From Candidatus Levyibacteriota bacterium (GTDB lineage: Bacteria; Patescibacteriota; Microgenomatia; Levybacterales; UBA12049): a DNA stretch of 64,000 nucleotides. A program made the position numbers and the translations under genes. The DNA is taken from positions 469,682 to 533,681 of the forward strand of contig PLZJ01000002.1 of the NCBI GenBank assembly GCA_003152105.1, given 5' to 3'. A model generated the notes under the pieces. The model saw only the letters and a program-made list of their open reading frames with translations. It had not been told where the DNA came from and did no database searches. Positions within the stretch are counted from its first letter, which is position 1. Each line of letters opens with the position of its first letter. Positions 60,863 to 64,000 of the stretch are shown in pieces.

Positions 60863-61432
60863 TTACACTACTTTTCTCCTTCGAACTACTATAACACTGA
60901 CAATAATAAAATCAGCAATGACAATATATACGGCGTACGTGAGACTTGTCCAATTGTAAGTGCTTAGCGCTAAGATTGCAAAAACACCACCAATACTACT
61001 TAATAAATACGCTGACTAGGTTTCTTCTTTAGGATTTATCCATGAATGGCGAATGGTAGGAATAGTTGCAAACGCATCAATGAGAACTGAGGCAATAACT
61101 GCAGCTGCCGGACTATTGAATAAATACCAAAATAGAAATCCTGAGAGTGCTCCGATTTGACAAAAAACGTCAAAAAGTGAATATTTTGCGTAACCATATT
61201 TTAGGCCAAGAATAACAATTGCACTTGTTTCAAGAAACACAGAGCCAGTAAATATCGCAGTAATATATTCATGACCTGCAAATTCTGCAATGGTAGCAAT
61301 CCCTGTAATGAGGGACCATGTTATCCAAGAAGTAATATTTGGTTTGGTTTTCCCTTTTAAAATATCTCGTATGTAGGGGATTACTGTGCTAAGCGTAATT
61401 AGCGAAGCAATGATCAAGAAGAGGACATGCAT
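60863..61432 (-). pseudogene. membrane protein gene interrupted by an in-frame TAG
   Basis: PYIRDILKGKTKPN...PKEET-TAG(61016-61018)-SAYLLSSIGG... continues 50 codons to TAA at 60863. Confidence 0.7.
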
Positions 61433-61480
61433 TAGGATAATTATAACAAAATAAAAAACTAAGATAGGTATGGTGGAAAT

Positions 61481-61566
61481 TGAGTAAGTAGAGTGATAAT
61501 GCTTGAGTGCATAAATCGCCTCCTTTTCAAAGATTTTACTCTTTTTCCACCAAACCCTGGCATCTT
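61481..61566 (-). terminator. 3' long stem-loop of cassette D
   Basis: TGGTGGAAA/TTTCCACCA and GAGTAA/TTACTC stems; U-rich tract follows on the minus strand. Confidence 0.55.
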
Positions 61567-61591
61567 ATTCTTCTTATAGATCCCTCCTATA

Positions 61592-62116
61592 CTAGTTTCT
61601 AGACATTGCATCTGGTGGTCGAAGATTGAGACCTTCGCTGACCAAATACAGAAATGTATAAAGATCGTAATCTTTTCCAATTTCTGCCGAGAACCTTTTG
61701 GGGTTCTTGCAATAAGGTCCAAAGCACCAGTTTCTAGGAAAACCTTCAAAGTAAATTGGCGAAATTCTTTCTTCTCTGTCGATGAGTTGGAAGAAGTTGT
61801 CCGGCACAGGCCTGTTAGACTTGATACTCAACTTCCAGTTATAGAAGTTATACCGAAGTCGTACTTCTATTCCTCCAAAGGCAAGACTGTATACGGGAAG
61901 GAGAACCGATTTTGATCGATGTGTTCCAACGACTCGTACTGGATTTGCCTTCCAATCTTCAAAGGTCACCGAGAATAATCTTGAAAGATCATCTCGAACA
62001 AAAAGAAATTGATGTTCGAATCCCTTGTGCCAAAGAAGATCATTGTTTGGTTGATGTTCGTTTGCCCAATCTTGCAGTTGTGGAGAGTCTTCTCTTTTCT
62101 TTGTGACAGAGGTCAT
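61592..62116 (-). CDS. hypothetical protein (cassette D ORF3)
   Basis: SD GAAGGA; THRSKSVLLPVY...RYNFYNWKLS...YFEGFP. Confidence 0.75.
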   Translation of the reverse strand: MTSVTKKREDSPQLQDWANEHQPNNDLLWHKGFEHQFLFVRDDLSRLFSVTFEDWKANPVRVVGTHRSKSVLLPVYSLAFGGIEVRLRYNFYNWKLSIKSNRPVPDNFFQLIDREERISPIYFEGFPRNWCFGPYCKNPKRFSAEIGKDYDLYTFLYLVSEGLNLRPPDAMSRN

Positions 62117-62160
62117 GTTCGAATCCTTCCAAGTTGTATTAGTTCGTCAAAAAAGTCCAG

Positions 62161-62568
62161 CTAACGTTCGAACTGAAACCGATCGAATTGCATAGATACC
62201 ATTGTGGAAAAAGGAAGGAACGCTTTGAACTGGGGAAGAGAAAATTCCAAATAGTCACTTTCCTTGTCTTTTCCCGTTTCAATCTCGATCCAACACCCTT
62301 GGTAAATATCGCCGTACAAGAGTACTAGTTTTGCACGGTATAACAGATTGTCGTCATTGTTCCTGAATTGAAGACGAATGTGATCTTCGTCGCCACCAGG
62401 AAGCACCAGAACGTGCATGCGGTGAGTGAATATGTGTTTTTCTAACTCATTCGCCAGTTCTTCTCGTAGAGATCCTGTTCTGGCATGTGAAAGCCACTTT
62501 GCAAAATCTTCTGGTTTGATCGGATTCCACTTTTCCAAAGTACTGGTTGCAACTGCTGTTTTTGGCAT
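62161..62568 (-). CDS. hypothetical protein (cassette D ORF2)
   Basis: SD AAAGGAAA. Confidence 0.65.
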   Translation of the reverse strand: MPKTAVATSTLEKWNPIKPEDFAKWLSHARTGSLREELANELEKHIFTHRMHVLVLPGGDEDHIRLQFRNNDDNLLYRAKLVLLYGDIYQGCWIEIETGKDKESDYLEFSLPQFKAFLPFSTMVSMQFDRFQFER

Positions 62569-62600
62569 TTTTATTTTCCTTTCAGTGTTTTGGTGTTGAT

Positions 62601-63059
62601 TTACAGTCTATCTAGCGTACGTTCGTCACAGTCGATAACCATTCCTTCTCCGTAATATAAATCTGGAGAGCGCCAAATCAAGCCGAATTCGCGTTTTCCG
62701 AAGTAGGAAGGAAATTCCATTCCATACTCCATGTGAGTGACGAGAATAAGGATGTCACCTTCATCTGCTTTATCTTTAACAAGCCCAAGAGCTGCAGGAA
62801 GATTTTCGGGATGGTTGTCTTCAGCCCAGAGTACCTCATGTTGCTCGAAGTCGTCTTCTGTCCAGCCGAACATTTCGCACAGTACTTTGGCGCTGTCAAC
62901 GGCTCGAGGAGCAGTAGAGGAGAGAAGGAAGAAAGTATCTCTATCTCCGGCAAGTGCTTCAATTTTTTCACCTGCTTGCTCCATTTGCTCTCGTCCCTCT
63001 TCGCTTATCCGCCTATCGTAACCGTGTTTTCCGTGACGCAGGATAACCAATTTTTTCAT
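62601..63059 (-). CDS. histidine phosphatase (SixA-like; cassette D ORF1)
   Basis: LRHG, SSTAPRA, LVTH motifs. Confidence 0.85.
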   Translation of the reverse strand: MKKLVILRHGKHGYDRRISEEGREQMEQAGEKIEALAGDRDTFFLLSSTAPRAVDSAKVLCEMFGWTEDDFEQHEVLWAEDNHPENLPAALGLVKDKADEGDILILVTHMEYGMEFPSYFGKREFGLIWRSPDLYYGEGMVIDCDERTLDRL

Positions 63060-63286
63060 TGTTTTTCGTTCTCCGTTTTGTTGAGTTCACTAAGTAAGTG
63101 ACACGCTGAGTACCAACATATGATACACAATGCATCACTTACTAATGTTTATTCTATAAGAAGTTATTAAGGTGCAAAATGCTCGAAACACCACAATACA
63201 ATGCTAGTATGTATGTTTGTTTTTGAGCTTGTGGATTATATAACAAGACGGACTATATTGCGAACTGCAAATAAATAATATAAAGG

Positions 63287-63862
63287 TTACCAGATATAGG
63301 GTATAAGTGCTTTTGTTTTGTTCATATAATCTACATATTCTTTTGGAAATTTTTGACGCATATGTTTTTCTTCTATTTTCACACTATATATGAAATAGAA
63401 GAGCATAATGGCAAGTGGTATAAGCCAAAATAAACCAATCGTTACCGTTGAACCTAACATAGCAAGGAGAAGACCTGAATATATAGGATGTCTGATATAG
63501 GCATAGGGACCTGATTGTATGAGTTCTGGCTTTTCTCTTTGCGACATTGGCATTCCCCAATTACTGCCAAGATAATATCTTGCCCAAATAGCTATTCCAA
63601 TACCAGCTGCGCAAAGCAACACACCCAAAAAGGATATGAATGGATTAAAAAACAAGTTTGAAGTCTGTTTATGCCACATAAATTGACTAAACAGTGGTGT
63701 GCGGATTTCAAGTATCACAAGTAGTATTATAACTATGCGAACAAATCTTTCTGCTAACCAATTACCACCTTTAATGCTTTTCTTAACATGAAAACTAGAA
63801 ATAAACCAATACAATATAAAAATAACCCACAAAAAAGGTATTATTTCGACGAATATAGGCAT
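63287..63862 (-). CDS. ICMT family membrane methyltransferase
   Basis: LGSNW, GPYAYIRHPIYSG, EEKHM...F..EY..Y. Confidence 0.88.
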   Translation of the reverse strand: MPIFVEIIPFLWVIFILYWFISSFHVKKSIKGGNWLAERFVRIVIILLVILEIRTPLFSQFMWHKQTSNLFFNPFISFLGVLLCAAGIGIAIWARYYLGSNWGMPMSQREKPELIQSGPYAYIRHPIYSGLLLAMLGSTVTIGLFWLIPLAIMLFYFIYSVKIEEKHMRQKFPKEYVDYMNKTKALIPYIW

Positions 63863-64000
63863 GTGATTATTGTAGCACGGTTAGTATGCCGGTGTATTAA
63901 AACAAATTACTTCAAAATATATGAAAAGTAGAGAAAATTTTATATGGAAAAGTCACACGTATTAGTAACAAAATTTCTTACCTTGTGGGAGTAATGCCAG

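Larger units (their letters stand above)
61481..63264 (-). other. structured small-ORF cassette D
   Basis: TATAAT 63235-63240, boxA-like GCACCTTAATAA 63164-63175, leader 63153-63163 perfectly complementary to trailer 61570-61580. Confidence 0.8.

Noticed and set aside
33438..63264. Cassettes as integron gene cassettes with attC sites
   Set aside because: No consistent RYYYAAC...GTTRRRY boxes after each ORF, no integrase, and each unit has its own promoter
1..64000. CRISPR array, diversity-generating retroelement, tRNA/rRNA genes, alternative genetic code
   Set aside because: No regularly spaced repeats, reverse transcriptase or TR/VR pair, or cloverleafs were seen by eye; conserved genes are full length under code 11

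Overview
AT-rich bacterial chromosome window. Several traits point to a Patescibacteria/CPR genome, probably Microgenomates (inference): mostly leaderless genes with a -10 box 5-8 nt before ATG, many single-pass Pro/Thr-rich surface proteins, and a pilin/VirB6/PrgI/VirB4/M23 cluster. Background content is a MarR-efflux operon, SOD, queuosine salvage, GH18, RarA, a two-component pair, IspH, a fused AccD-AccA and many small hydrolases and transferases. No rRNA, tRNA, CRISPR array, integrase or transposase was seen. The main discovery is four dispersed minus-strand cassettes of 2-3 small SD-led ORFs, mostly orphans (A 33438-34798, B 36591-37670, C 47803-49563, D 61481-63264). All four share an rRNA-operon-like RNA scaffold: sigma70 promoter, hairpin with a conserved AnWAGCW heptaloop, boxA-like 12-mer, a 7-11 nt strand, a second hairpin, the ORFs, the reverse complement of that strand, and a large 3' structure. 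The leader/trailer strands differ in sequence between cassettes yet stay complementary within each one, so each message could close on itself like an rRNA processing stalk.
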